DNA of 40,329 nucleotides from Paraglomus brasilianum (Eukaryota). Where the stretch lies: the NCBI GenBank assembly GCA_910592345.1, contig CAJVPI010000237.1, positions 1 through 40,329 of the forward strand, written 5' to 3'. Positions 23,873 through 37,456 of this stretch are shown here, piece by piece. The notes under the pieces were generated by a model. That model was given only the letters and a program-made list of their open reading frames with translations, was not told the origin of the DNA and did no database searches. Each line of letters begins with the position of its first letter. Position 1 is the stretch's first letter. The position numbers were made by a program, and so were the translations under genes.

Positions 23873-24845
23873 GTTACGATGTACAAGTCAGTCGGTTCAA
23901 ACCGATAGCCATGGCTACGCAATTTATAAATCCATGAGAACGTGCCGCAGTAAGAGTTACGCAAGCAAGTAACCATTCATACATCGCTATTTACAGCATA
24001 TAATGACGCAAGGTTTCAGGGGCGCGTGGGATAATTCATTTCAACTTGCATTATTCTTCTAACCTGACTAATCTGATTGTTCGAACATTCTAGCCGCCGT
24101 CATTCATCACAAATGCTATTTCGCAAGCCAAATCAATGATGTCATATCGTAAATTAAGAAGAGCTTATTTATTTTTTGCTATGCCGCCAGTTTTTTCTTT
24201 TATTGTTACAACTTGGCTTGCTATTATAGTAATAGAGTATACCCTATTAAAAAATTTGGGATCTACAATAATTTGGATTTGGTAAACAGTAAGTGCTAAA
24301 ATGTTATTGATATACGTGTATTAGTATGACAATAGACAACAATGCAATAAACAAGAATAATTATAGAACTTGCAAATTAGATTATCGTTTGCGTCTTGAC
24401 CTTACGGCTTATGACAACATCGGCACCCACCCTAACACTAACCTTGTGTTTGCACTACGTGAAAAATATATCAATTCTCTCCTTGTAGGTTACTGTTGTT
24501 ATATTACTTTTTCGCACTGCATTGTGTTTTTATTATTCGAACCAACGTTAGACAATTTTAAATAAGTACCGATCACATATTATACATCTATCTATGCAAA
24601 TCACCAAGAGTTCTATACCATAGGACAGGGAAACGACTATGTACATCTGGAAGAGGGGTACAGATAAGAGAAAAGAAAAAAAGAAAAGTGGTAAACAAAA
24701 TGTGATGAATAATGAAAGACTGTACGTAAATAGACAAACAAAATGTATGTACTATTGAGTTACGATAATTAGTGAACTAGTTATTACCAATTCGTAACAA
24801 TCCACTTTAAATATAGAAACCAATTTTATGCTATATTTACACTGA

Positions 24846-26488
24846 TCACTCATCCTCATTGTATTTTTCTTTGAATATCCATGAATTGCCCATTGTACCA
24901 TATCCTTGGGCGTGTGCCATGCGGTAATACTTGGCCGCTAAGAACAAACGAGCGTCAGCAAAACAATAAAGATAAGTCAAAAAGTGATTATCATATGATA
25001 TATCACTTACCAATTTTCAAATCCTTCTTCACGCCCTCACCCTTGTAATAACACATGCCAATATCATTTTGTGCATCTGGATCGCCCTGCCCAACCGAAC
25101 AAATAGATATTTAGAAAAAAGAGTCCATGAATATCCTAATTTACCTACTCTCCCTTCCCTCTCTCTGTCTTCCTCTACCTACCAACTTCGCCGCCATTTC
25201 AAAATAATGTGCAGCGTGCACCTTGTCTTTTGGTACACCCCATCCATGTCGGAAGCAAACTCCTAACTCATAAATCGCTAAAACCAATTCACCCTTGGTG
25301 GCAGATAAATTGACTGAATTCAACATGTTAATATCGTCGACGGCAGATGAAGCGGCCTTTTGTAGGTATTTGAAGGCTAGACGTGGATTTATTTGACATC
25401 CCTGAAAAAGTACATACAATTAAGTGTGAATGAGAGGTCAGATGACATAAAAGAAACGTTTGACACTGAGGGAAAATCCGTGGTTTTAAATGTACAATAT
25501 GGCTGGTGCTTTCTTGACCAGGAAACATTGTATAACCCCAGTTCATTCATATCTTTCCTTTTCTATTATTCTCCCTCTTTCATTATGACTAACCAATTCC
25601 GCGATCCCTTTCCCCGTCACCATTTTCACACTCACCCATCCATGTCTAAGTGCAAGACCATACAAGGTCATACCAATAGGGGAACCTTCCTCTGCGGCAA
25701 TTTTCAAATATTGTGTAGACTGCTCCAACTGATTGCTCTCATGCAACTTTATGGCCTGTTGAACGTAATCGTCTATGGAGAGTGGCTCTGCAATTGAGTG
25801 AGGGTCAAATTTTCGTGTTGTTTCTGCCGGGCGAGTCTGAGGAGGCGGTTGGATATAGGGTTCCGAGTCGTAAGCGGATGAAGATTGTGGTGGCATTTGC
25901 GGTTGAGCATCTGAAGGAATTTGCCGTGTTGATTGTAAGCTGGGTGGCTGCTGAGTCTGTGAAGGAATTTGCCGTGTTGATTGTAAGCTGGGTGGCTGTT
26001 GAGTCTGTGAAGGAATTTGCCGTGTTGATTGTAATCTGGGTGGCTGCTGAGTCTGTGAAGGAATTTGCCGTGTTGATTGTAAGCTAGTTGGTTGCTGAGT
26101 CTGTGAAGGAATTTGCCGTGTTGATTGTAAGCTGGGTGGCTGTTGAGCCTGTAGAGAATTTTGTGGGATTTGTCGGGTTTGCTGTAAATTCGGGGGTAGT
26201 TGAGCCTGTGGAGAATTTTGTGGGATTTGTCGGGTTTGCTGCTGCATATTGGGCGATCTTTGAGATTGTGAAGGGCCTGGTGGCTGCGCATATTGGTAGT
26301 CTTGCTTCATATATCCTTGTTGTCCTTGCTGTTGCATTTGCTTTCCGGGAGGTAGAGGGGCAGATCTCGGTGCTTCAAATACTTTGGGTATTACTAAGTT
26401 ATGCTGTTGATGCTGTTGTTTTTGATATTGTTGTGTTGCAGGTGGTTGTTGCCGTGGATAATAATAATGTTGGTCCTGCTGCTGCTGC

Positions 26489-26521
<33 letters not shown>

Positions 26522-27267
26522 AGCTGTTGTTGTTGTTGTTGTAGCTGTTGGTCCTGTTGTTGTTGTAGTAGCTGTTGCCGTTCTGACAAGAGCCCTTGTA
26601 TTTGTTTACTCACGAATGGATCTGTCAATGATTCCTGATTATTATTACGCATTGGCGATGTTTTCTCGTTTCCCGTATCACGACCCTGTCTGGAACTGCT
26701 TCTTACAGGTATAGGTCCCATGTTATCTATAGGCAGAGCACTCGGAGATAGAGAAGAGGCTGTTTGAGATTGTAAGCGATAATTGAGGTTAGAATTAGGC
26801 GAAGTGGGATAATATTGCGATTCGTATTGGTATTGACTTGCGGGATTTGCAGGAGGCATTTGCCGTTGGTCGTATGACGTCTCGGAAGTCGGCATTGTTG
26901 AAGTTGGGAAAGTCGAATTCCTCGTAGAATAATAATAGTCGGACACATCGTATTCCGAAAATACAGAGGGTGCGCGTGAACCGACAAAACTCTCATGCCC
27001 AGGAGGGATGCTAGATCCGTTGTATTGTTGTGGGGGAGATTGAGATGGGAAGAAATCGCGTTCTCGTTGCTCTTTGTTATATTCTTTTCGTACTTCTAGC
27101 GATGCAGAAGAGCCATACTGACGCATAGCTTGTAGCTGGTATCGACTACCTTGCGAGTCGACGTGTTCAGGAGGGTAGTAGTAACCTTCCTGAGAGACCG
27201 GACGCGGACGACGCATTGGGTCGTCTACGTCGCGGTCAACAGAAAGGCCATTTTTGAATTTGCTCAT
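24846..27267 (-). CDS. Sel1-like repeat protein of the Nif1/Dsf2 type with long Q/P/S-rich N-terminus, ~672 aa; exons 27267-25636, 25401-25183, 25086-25011, 24937-24846
   Basis: C-terminus AIKLHESNQLEQST...LYGLALRHGW/GC, LAIYELGVCFRHGWGVPKDK, GDPDAQNDIGMCYYKGEGVKKD, AAKYYRMA...GNSWIFKEKY. Exon lengths sum to 2019 nt, in frame. Confidence 0.88.
25913..26241 (-). repeat. Coding minisatellite: five 48-bp units (QQPPSLQSTRQIPSQT) plus two related ~57-bp units
   Basis: gaaggaatttgccgtgttgattgtaa recurs at 25913, 25961, 26009, 26057 and 26105; gagaattttgtgggatttgtcgggtttgctg occurs twice after that. Confidence 0.95.
26476..26578 (-). repeat. Interrupted CAA/CAG poly-Gln repeat
   Basis: (TTG)n/(CTG)n tracts on the plus strand, in frame in the Sel1-repeat gene. 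Confidence 0.95.
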
Positions 27268-29317
27268 TTTCGTCTTGACAAGAGATAGAGAAAGGAGATA
27301 AAGGGGGTTTGAAGAATTAAAGACGTTTCCATTATAAACGCATTTATGAAATATTACTAGTATTTACAGGAATGAGCATCAGGCTGTGTAATATCAGCCA
27401 TGCACTTGTCCTATTACATAACGGTTATTTGTCGATCGCAAACAAATATGCCGACCGACTAAATTGATCGAATAGTTCTGTACCAGGTGATGAGGAAGGG
27501 AATTTGGGTGACATTTCAGACATTTCATCCCATATTTTTTATAGTCCAAAGTGGAAAATAAATCTTTACGCGCGAGACCCAAACCACATGCAATATGATC
27601 AGGAAGCATGAGCAAGAGAAGCGCTTTAGGAAATATACACTGTTCTTGATGGATTTGTGAAATGATCATGCAACTTTATTGCGCCTGATTACCATGATAT
27701 ATTTACAATTTCGGTTAGATTCTCATACTATTACTATGCTTTATCTTAATTCAGCGTGAATTTTACAAATGCATTGATAGCCATTGTTTAGAAAACTTCC
27801 AAGTGACGTATCCATACTTGAATGGAGCTTTCTACTAACCCCAAAAACTTTTGTTTGCCGGCAAGGCGTTACGGTATTACTAACAATAGATTCATAGCTC
27901 TGATTTTTAGTACGAATATTCTATTTAGACGATAACGTTACACATTCCTGATTGTATGCACAATTTATTATGTCGTGATCTTTTCGTTGCTCGTCGTAAA
28001 ATGTATTTCAATGTCAACAAATAGACTTTTAATAAGCTATTGGTAACAACGAAACAATATGAGCAACGAGATTGTTGGCAAAAAAGTAGAAAAATGAATG
28101 GTGTTTAATGGTATCTTGTTAAACCTGTTATCATAGCCTTAACTTTTGTCAGTGCTATTGTGAAAAAGGGAGCATCTCAATGTCAATTGTATTGTTACAC
28201 TCGGTCATCTGAGCGAGCGTGTGTTCAAATTGACCAAATTGAACCGTCCCAACTTAGGACGTTGATTACTAACACGGAAGATGGATAACACAGTCTCCTT
28301 AATTATCATTTACTATAAAAATTTCGACGCCTGTTCTGGTAATCAACCCGTTTCCTGTTCTTTTAGGATCTATTTTCAATGCAATTGAGCCTTTGCTTTA
28401 TTAGCAGTATACAGTACTACTATTACTTTCGGAATTTTGGTTACCAAAAAAAAATTATGTTGATCGGAGCAAAGAGTTTGGTCAAAAATAAATTGTTAAA
28501 AATTCTTGGAGCCATAGCAAAACCAATAAATTACGTTAATATAAGAGGTTGCTCTCCCGACTTGTGTGACGTTTTGAAGAAATAAATTCCTTTCAAGTGA
28601 AAAACATTGTGAAGACAGTTTGCCCATGTATTCAAATCAAAATCAATTAGCAGCATTGGATTAACTTGCAAAAGTTGGGATCCAAACTAACTTCTAAAAG
28701 ATAAACGTTAAACAAAAGTGGTTATAGTCAACATTTACGACAATATGACAATACGGAATTTTAGCAAAAATCCTTATCAAAGACGACCAGTAAAAAAGAA
28801 AAGAGCATTAAATTTAAACTTACATTTAAATAAAATTTGTAATCCGCTATTTTGCATGCAAATTAACATTTACAATGTGAACCAAAATGATTTGTAAGTT
28901 GAGATATTGTAAACGAAAGATAATTTTTTGTCGGTTATTATCTGTCGTTTGATTTGGCATTCACTGACGATAATAGAATTCAATTAATGGGCTCTGCGTA
29001 ACAACAGATAATTAATATTTAAGGTGTTCTGTAGATCAAAATTGAATTCTCTATTCCTAATTTGTCAAAAAGGGTTAGTTTTCGATTCATTTTGAAACGA
29101 CATAATAATTCCCAATTTTACGCTGTGCCAATATTACAATATCATGTTTAATATCATTATCAACATGTATGTAGACGGCCAATTAGATAATAAACATTAA
29201 CGTCGTAAATGGATTATTTTCTCAGACTTTATTATACCAAACAACATCTACTTGCACAAACATTATTTACCAGCTATTGAGAGTAAGTTGATAGATGCTT
29301 GAGTAGCGTAATTGACT

Positions 29318-29368
29318 GATGGATAGATGGATGGATAGACAGATGGATGGATGGATGGATGGATGGAT
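29318..29368. repeat. (GATG/GATA)n tetranucleotide microsatellite
   Basis: gatggatagatggatggatagacagatggatggatggatggatggatggat. Confidence 0.9.
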
Positions 29369-31425
29369 TTACCAGTTACAAAGATACACATAGTCGTGCT
29401 ACGATTCGACCCGGACAAATGCGCCAGTAATGGTATCTTGGCTTTCGTGTTCCCGGGTGACCTTATTTTGGGGCACGCAATGATAAGTCTGACAATATCG
29501 TATGGAATACTACTACACTCACTGGGAAATGTCATTGGATACTTTATTATTTAAAGCATCATTGTAAAATGAGAAAATTTTTAATAGCTTGTCGGCCTCC
29601 ACTTCCGGATAGTAAAATCTATTACTAGAACATGTGAAATTAAAATGTTCTTTTTGTAGACGACTCAATCATTTTGAAGCAAATTGATTATAGATGCATT
29701 ATAAAGCTACGGTGTAATATCTTTCACCCATCAAGTATTTCTCGATTGTCAATTACTGTATAATTGTCACAGTAAAATAGTGAACATATCAAAGAAAGAT
29801 ATTTCTGTCCTTCTACACAGTTTGATTACACTAATTTATGTTCGCTACATAAGCAGTGGTACGCATCCGTATAAAAAGCGGTCAGTACAAGACCAAAACA
29901 AAGAAAATTTTGGTTACAGTGAGTTATAAATAGAGCAAAAATTCATTTTCATTCGATTAAATCACCACCTAGTTCATAAACTGTTGAAATAAAAAGTATA
30001 TTTCTAAACAAAGTCGATTTTTTAACTGTCTTAGGATTGCTACAAATTAGATTACCTAATAACGAAATTACGCGAAAGCGAGAATAATGGAAGCTAAGAA
30101 AGCGCAAATCAATGTAGCAATTACCTACTAAGTAATAAACATTGTTTACTAGTAAGAATAAAAGAGAGAGCGAGCGATAGGATTTATTTGACTAGCAAAC
30201 CACGCAAATCGATTATAAAAATTTGTTGTTGTTATGTACGTATAATCGTTGGTACCCTTGTTTGCGGTACGAGATTGTTGTATGTCAGTTTGGAATTTAT
30301 GTCGATTCCAAACTGACGTATAGGTTTTTCTGATTGGAGTCACGCATGATAATTTGTCCAGCTTATTCTATCGCCATGCTAAGCCGCCGTATACACTAGT
30401 ACTGTCGATTAACTGTATAAGCGACATTCCTATTAATGAATATCTGCTTGCAATAGTCTGTATGTTGTAAGCCATGTATTTCAATCATGTCGTAGAGAAT
30501 GTTGTTAACTGAATTCTTTACACATTTGTGGCTGATTTAAGCGACATAAACTATAAAGCAAGTAAATCACTCATGCAACGACACTTGTCTGATAAGCAAA
30601 ATACTTGTGATACATCAAATTTCATGCAGTTGGTCGATTACTCGCCACCTCCTATTAGTGCTACAAGTTTGTTACGTGGCTGTAGCGTAATAAGTTATTA
30701 CGTGTAATATTATTGTTTCTCAAAGTATTTATAAACAATATAAGGTAAAGGCGTAATACTGCAAGCTGCTTATATACATTACTGCCACATTTACAAATGT
30801 TTAAAATAACATATTTTTATGAAATAGGGTTGATATCGTAATGTAAATAAAATACTCTTATAATGTTGTTACTTGATTGTCATTACTATTCCAATCTGCT
30901 GAACATGAACAGTATGCTATGACGTATGACATTTCATCGTAATAACTGTAATGAATGCTTCTCTTTTTCCTTACCACTTGCTTTGGTTCTGCTCGCTGTT
31001 TCTCTGATAGAATGACAACAAGTTTTTCCCTTGCTGACCATTTTCTGCGAATCTGTTTAAACGTCTTGTAGACTTGTTAGCGCGAACCATAGTATTATAT
31101 CGAAGAAGAGCCGCTATGCATTGCATTGTCTATATACAGAATGTGTTACATAAACACTATGGGGTTGTCAGGGGTACTTTACTCAGCGTTCTACGATATT
31201 TGTGAACGCAAAGAGTGTTTTTGCTTGAGAGCGAAACGCGGAAATTTGTCCTCAATTTGCACCACTGTTTCAGCCAATAAAAGGCTGCGCTAAGTAAATG
31301 TGCGACATAACACAGGAAGTTTAAATTGATCCACGTCGAACAAAGCAAATTAGTATTGAGTACATGTGGCCTTTAGAATTATACAAATATGAGCCGGCTC
31401 CCAAATTGTTACAAGACTAGTCGAT

Positions 31426-33948
31426 ATGCACAATTCTGCCATTGACAGCGTGGTCGCAACTGGCAATCGCCTTAAATGGATTCCTTACTCGCGGATTACC
31501 GAAATAAAGTCAAGTCAAATTGACAACATCTACTACGCTGTTCGCAAGAAAACTTGTCCCAATGGTAAAGTTGTTGAAACGCCTATAACGCTGATATTCC
31601 TTGGAAACAGCGAAGAATGTACACCAGCACTAGTGAGCGAGTTTGCCAGAATATACTCAATTTCGACAGACGAGTACAATAACGAGGTTAATCAGTTCAG
31701 AAGATATTCCACATGGCTTAAGAATCGCAACAAACTCATAAAAGGATTTACCAAGGATGAAGGTAGTTATTATTTGGTTGCTAGGAGATGTTTTCATCAT
31801 CACTATTCTCTCTATGGATTCTGTCCTGCATGTAGAATACTTCGATGTAGTCCTGTGTGGTGCATTTGCGGTCATAAACAATTGTCCGATGGATGGACGA
31901 GCAACAATAAACAGCTCGACGAGTTTATTACGATATCTCAGTTACAAACAAATTCAGCAAATGATGCCTATTTGGAATGGATTCCATTTGGTTGCATCAA
32001 TGATTATGGTAAATTTGGTGTACGCTTAAATGGTTTATCTACTTATGAATCTACAACCGTTAAATTGATTCCACTCGAGATAACGGATGAGACGGATGAT
32101 TTATATTATGACAAGGTGACTATCAAGTACGAATTAGTGTATTATCAATCGTTTAGATAAATATTGACTTGTCATAATTTCACTAGTTATGTAAAAAGTA
32201 TCCAGATATTCTTACCACAAATGTTTGGGTTACCATCGGATTCACATATGATAAGGATGAACAAAAGTATTGTCTAGTTAAAGTTGATGATGCATTATGT
32301 CTGGCGTGTACAAGTCGATTAGAACCTAAGATAAATGTATTTTGTTATCGTTGTAAAGCACCAAGACCTCTTGGTTGGACTACGGGCAATAAGTCTTTGG
32401 ATTCATTCATTATGGAGTCGTGGAGTAATATAAAGAGAGCAGATGATGCCTATATACAATGGATAGAGTATTCTCGGTTGACGAACGTACAACAAATGAC
32501 ATCGTTAGACCGTGGATGTACACATATAGCAGATTGGTCAGATCTGACAACGAATGAAACGACTAGAGTGGCACTCAAACGGATTCGGTCGCTTGATTTT
32601 CATCAGGTAAATTATTTCATGCAAAATAGTGTTGAGTATACATTGTATTGATTGTCGTAATTGTTGTCTTGTTTATTAAATAGCTAACTGAGGAATACCC
32701 GACGATATTAACTCCCGAGAATATTTGGATAATTGGAATCACTCAAGAGCCATCTACTCGGGAATATTATTTAGTTTTCTACCATGAAATACATGCAATA
32801 TTGGACAAATATATACGAAATAACGAATTTGTACAGTACATGCAGTATGCCGACTTTGATGAAATCAAGGAGATTGGATCTGGTGGTTATGGAACTGTCT
32901 ATACTGCCAAATATAGCGGCAAATCAGAAAAGCATGTCCTAGAAACTGTTGTACTCAAACGATTTAGGGATTTTGATGGTGATGAAACGCCGGACTTACT
33001 TATTACCGAGGTAAGCAATTTTGATAATAGTGTTAATTAAATTGATATTTAATCTAATGCTGCAATTATTTTATTTAACAGTTCAGAAATCATATCAAGT
33101 GCACAAGCAATTATTTATTCCTTAAAATTTATGGAGTCACACAAAACCCAGTGACAAAAGAGCACATTATTGTTATGGAATATGCCAACAATGGTAGTCT
33201 TTTGTCTTATTTGGATCGAAATATTAACAAATTGACGTGGAAGATGAAATTACAATATTTGATGGATATTGCAGATGATCTTAGTAATATTCATAGTGCG
33301 GGATTAGTGCATTGTGATATTCATGGTGGAAATATAATTTTGCATGACAAAACATTGTCGCCCGAGGCCGATATAGACTCTTATATTTGTGATCTTGGTC
33401 TCTCACGATCGGTGAATTCAAGCAAGTCAGAATCAAACATTCGAGGCGTTTTACCCTTTGTTGCACCAGAAGTCTTCCATACTTGCAAATTTTCCCAGAA
33501 ATCAGACGTATATTCTTTTGGTATTATCGTGTATTTGGTTGCCACTGGTGAACCACCTTTTCGGGATAGGGGGTTTAATAGAGAGTTAGTATGCGATATT
33601 TTGGGCGGACTACGACCATCGATGCCTGATTCAGCACCAGAAGAATACAAGAAACTTGCCGACTGGTGTTGTGATGCTGATCCTGACGAGCGTCCAGATA
33701 CACAGGAACTTATAGAGTATCTTGAAACCATTATGGAAAAGGTGGTGAACAAGGGAAATTCCAATGACAACGTGTGGGATGCCGTTTATCACAATGATGT
33801 AAGACCTTTGTCACGTCTTGAGAAGGATAATAAATATTCTAGTACTCTCTTACCGACAAAGGATTTGCCTAAATCGAGAAACAGCTATGATTCTTATCCG
33901 TTGCCACCCGTACCAAGTCTCAGTTTGCCAAGTTCAGAATGGAGTTAG
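31426..33948 (+). CDS. TKL kinase, predicted active, preceded by three degenerate N-lobe units and two Cys4 knuckles, ~767 aa; exons 31426-32115, 32187-32606, 32684-33010, 33082-33948
   Basis: Three phase-0 GT-AG introns join four open frames (2304 nt). Kinase motifs IGSGGYGTVY, VVLKRF, HCDIHGGNI, CDLG, APE, DVYSFG, DPDERP. Confidence 0.92.
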
Positions 33949-34960
33949 GGGAGGTAGACTAGATTTAGAAATTGGATTGAAACAAGTCAATTTACAATAT
34001 TAACAGTTTTCATTGTCTTATAATTTAGCAATTCACAGTCTTGGATAAGCTTGTAATTTCAATGTTTATATTTATCATAAGGCTTATCTGTAGTAATATA
34101 TTATACATAAAAGAACATGTCTCTTGATTAGTTTGCCAATGCGCATCGAAATAAAAAGGTTTGATAAGTTTCATCGTAGTAATTGTACACAAGCGTTCTC
34201 CACATGACAAATGTCAATTCCATGAAAGCACGTAAATTTATCCGAATGCATTGGAAATTGGAACTCACGTTTTAATGGACATTAGGGTTACCATAAAAAG
34301 GGTTAACATATAACAGTAATGATATTTACTCTTATCAGCTTAGACAAAGAGCTCAAAAAGTTTGGTATTGATAACTATTTTTTTAGACAATAAACTTTTT
34401 AATATTTTATTAAAACCCATTATTATTATAGCTTGCCTGACAAAAATCCGTATAAACAAAACGGATAATTAATAATGCCTGTACGTGAAATATTGTACAT
34501 CTAAATATGGCAATAGATTTATTGTTCAAGCTTTTTTAGATATAAATCTCTTTTTTGAAAACCAGCAAGAGTAACCCGCTTTATTGCAGGTTTTTTACTA
34601 ACCAGACTTCATCTTTATCGTACCGTAAACGGGTCAAAAATCGAAATCTTGATTTAATTGGTTTAATCCATGGAACGAACAATCCGATAGGGATATACGT
34701 TTGCGAACGTCTTGTTCTTATTACCTCCGGCAGTTAGTACATAAAGTAAATAAATATTCTGAGTTTATTTTATTCTGTTCGAAAACCTCATGTCAATAAA
34801 CTATGCTATGTTTACGTATAAACTTATGATAACACGTCTGTCAACGTTAATCAACAAACTGATGATTATCATTTAAAGTTCAGTGTTACTGTATCAAAAA
34901 AATTTTTTTTTAATAAAAAGGAAAATTATTATTGTCGGCAGCAAAATAATTATCTTAACG

Positions 34961-37456
34961 TCAACATAAATTCATGAGCTTCATACCTGCACTCGTATCA
35001 GAATCATAATTGTCTTCCGGTTCAGCATCAGACAAATATGCTGGACTAGAATATCCGGGACTTGATGAGAGTCTTACGTTATCATGATAAATGGTATTCC
35101 ATACATTGTCGTCGGATCTATCCCTGTCCGCCTTTTCAATAAGATCACTGATAAGTGAACCAAGATTCCACAATGGACGCTTGTCAGGATCGGCATCCCA
35201 GCAAAGCTGAGCAATTTTCTTGAATTCTTCTGGTACTGAATCAGGCATCCATGGTCGTAGTCCGCCCATAATATCGCATACTAAATCTCTATCAAACTGC
35301 CTATTTCTAAAAGGTGGTTCACCAGTAGCAATCAAATACATAATGATGCCAAAAGAATAAATGTCTGATTTCTGAGTAAATTTGCACGTTGCAAAGACTT
35401 CCGGTGCAATAAAGGGTAAAACACCTCGAATGGTTGAATTTTGTTCACGTGAATTCACCGATCGTGAGAGACCAAGACCACATACATATGGTATATCTTC
35501 TACGTTGCGATCAAAAAGAATGTTTCCACCATGAAGATTACTATGTATCAATCCTCGTGAATGGATATCATGCAAACAATATGCAATATTTTTCAAATAA
35601 TGTAATTTCGTTTTCCATGTCAATTTGTTGATATGTTGATCCAAATAAGACAGAAGACTCCCACCATTAGCATATTGCATTACGGTCATATATTCTTTCG
35701 TCTCTGGGTCTTGTGTGACTCCATAAATCTTCAGAAAACGGCTGTTATTACATTTGGCATAATTCTTAAGCTATTAATATTAACGTTAAAAATGGCGAGT
35801 TAATTGAATATTAATTTGAAATATTGGCATCGCATCGTACCCGACACTGCTTACCTCAGAAATAAACTGTTCCGACATCTGGTTAAAATTCTTGAATTGT
35901 TTGAGAACAACGTGTTCCTGTTCATTAATTGGATGTTCGTTCATATTGTGTCTGGCTATGAAGACTGTTGCATAACCACCATATCCAATCTCTTTAATTT
36001 CATAAAAATTTGTATACTGCATAAACTTTATGTCTCTGTGAATTCGCAAAAATCTGTCCAGTATTGAATGTACTCCATGATAGAACACTAAATAGTATTC
36101 TCGAGTAGACGGCTCTTGCATGATACCAATAATCCAAATATTATCTGGAGTTAATATCTCTGGATATTCTTTAGCCAACTATTTAATAAATAGCACAATC
36201 GTTAACAATTGCGATATGTATTATAATCAATAATACAATAACATTATTTTTACACGTAATAACCCACCTGATAAAAATCAAACGACCGTCCGTCAACTAT
36301 TTTCTTGAGTGCTACTCTTATCGATGCATTTGTTGTAGGTTCTAACAAATCTGCTATGTGTGTGCATCCATGGCGTAACGATGTCAGTTCTTGTACATTC
36401 TTCAATAGAGAATACTCTATCCATTGTATATAAGCATCACCGACAATAAACACATTGCTCCATGATTCCATTATAAATAAATCCAGCGACCTGTTGCCAG
36501 TAGTCCAATCAAGAGGTCTTGGTGCTCTGCATTCAAAACAGAATGTAGTTGTCTTTTCTAATCGTCGTGCGCATGCCAGACATAATCCATCTCCATGATA
36601 TTCTCTAATTAGATAATATTTTTTGTTTTTCATATCACATGTAAATCCGATAGTAACCCAAGTGTTGGCGACGAGAATATCGGGATAGTTACCACATAAC
36701 TAGTTGGCGTTTATATATTTTACAAGTCAATAATAAAATAAATAATCAACAAACATGACAAATTTCATTAATTGATGATATGTCTACCTTATAATATAAA
36801 TCATCCATATCGCTTGTTATCTCAAGTGAAATCAAATTTACTCTTTCAAAAGTAGGTAAACAATATGAGCGTAGGGTAGGCCTAAGACAATCATATGGAA
36901 TCCATTCCAAGTACGCTTCGTTTGCCGAGTTAGTTTGTATTTGTGATTCCTTAATAAATTTATCAAGCTTCTTGTTGTTGCTAGTCCATCCATCAGACAA
37001 TTGTTTATGCCCACAAATACACCACACGGGACTACATCTAAGCATTCCGCATGCGGAGCAGAATCCATAACGAGAATAATAATGGTGAAAACTTCTCCCA
37101 GCAACCATGTAATAGTTATCGTCATGCTTGGTAAATCCATATATCAAGCTATTGCGAGTCTTAAGCCATTCTGCATATCTTCTGAACTGCGGTAGTGAAG
37201 TATTGACACTTTGCCTTGAAAGCGAGTACTTGCTGGCAAATTCACTCATGAAGGCTGGCGTACATTCTTTATCGTTTCCGAGTAGTAACAGCATCATATC
37301 CACAAACGATGTTTGTGCATAGTAAATAGTTTGGTCAACAACATTTTGACTGGACTCTATGCTAACAAACTCTTCGGAAGAAATCCATTTTAAACTATAT
37401 TCTTTGTCTAATGAGGAAGTTTGAATAAAGTCGTCAATTGCTTGATATCCTGCCAT
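34961..37456 (-). CDS. Paralogous N-lobe-repeat TKL protein with a pseudokinase domain, ~744 aa; exons 37456-36788, 36699-36268, 36178-35855, 35770-34961
   Basis: Same exon structure as 31426-33948 (2235 nt, in frame). IGYGGYATVF and VVLKQF retained, but the catalytic loop reads HSNLHGGN and the DFG position reads CGLG. The extreme 3' end may instead splice at GTATGA near 34986. Confidence 0.9.

Noticed and set aside
25913..26150. CRISPR-like regularly spaced repeats
   Set aside because: Units are contiguous 48-bp copies with no unique spacers, in frame in a eukaryotic exon; no cas genes.
25773..26996. Alternative-frame and antisense ORFs with repeated peptides (e.g. 26088-26714 poly-Val)
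   Set aside because: Shadows of the repeat-rich exon of the Sel1-repeat gene.
27400..31350. Short ORFs in the 4-kb intergenic region
   Set aside because: No recognisable domains, splice-consistent models or terminal repeats.
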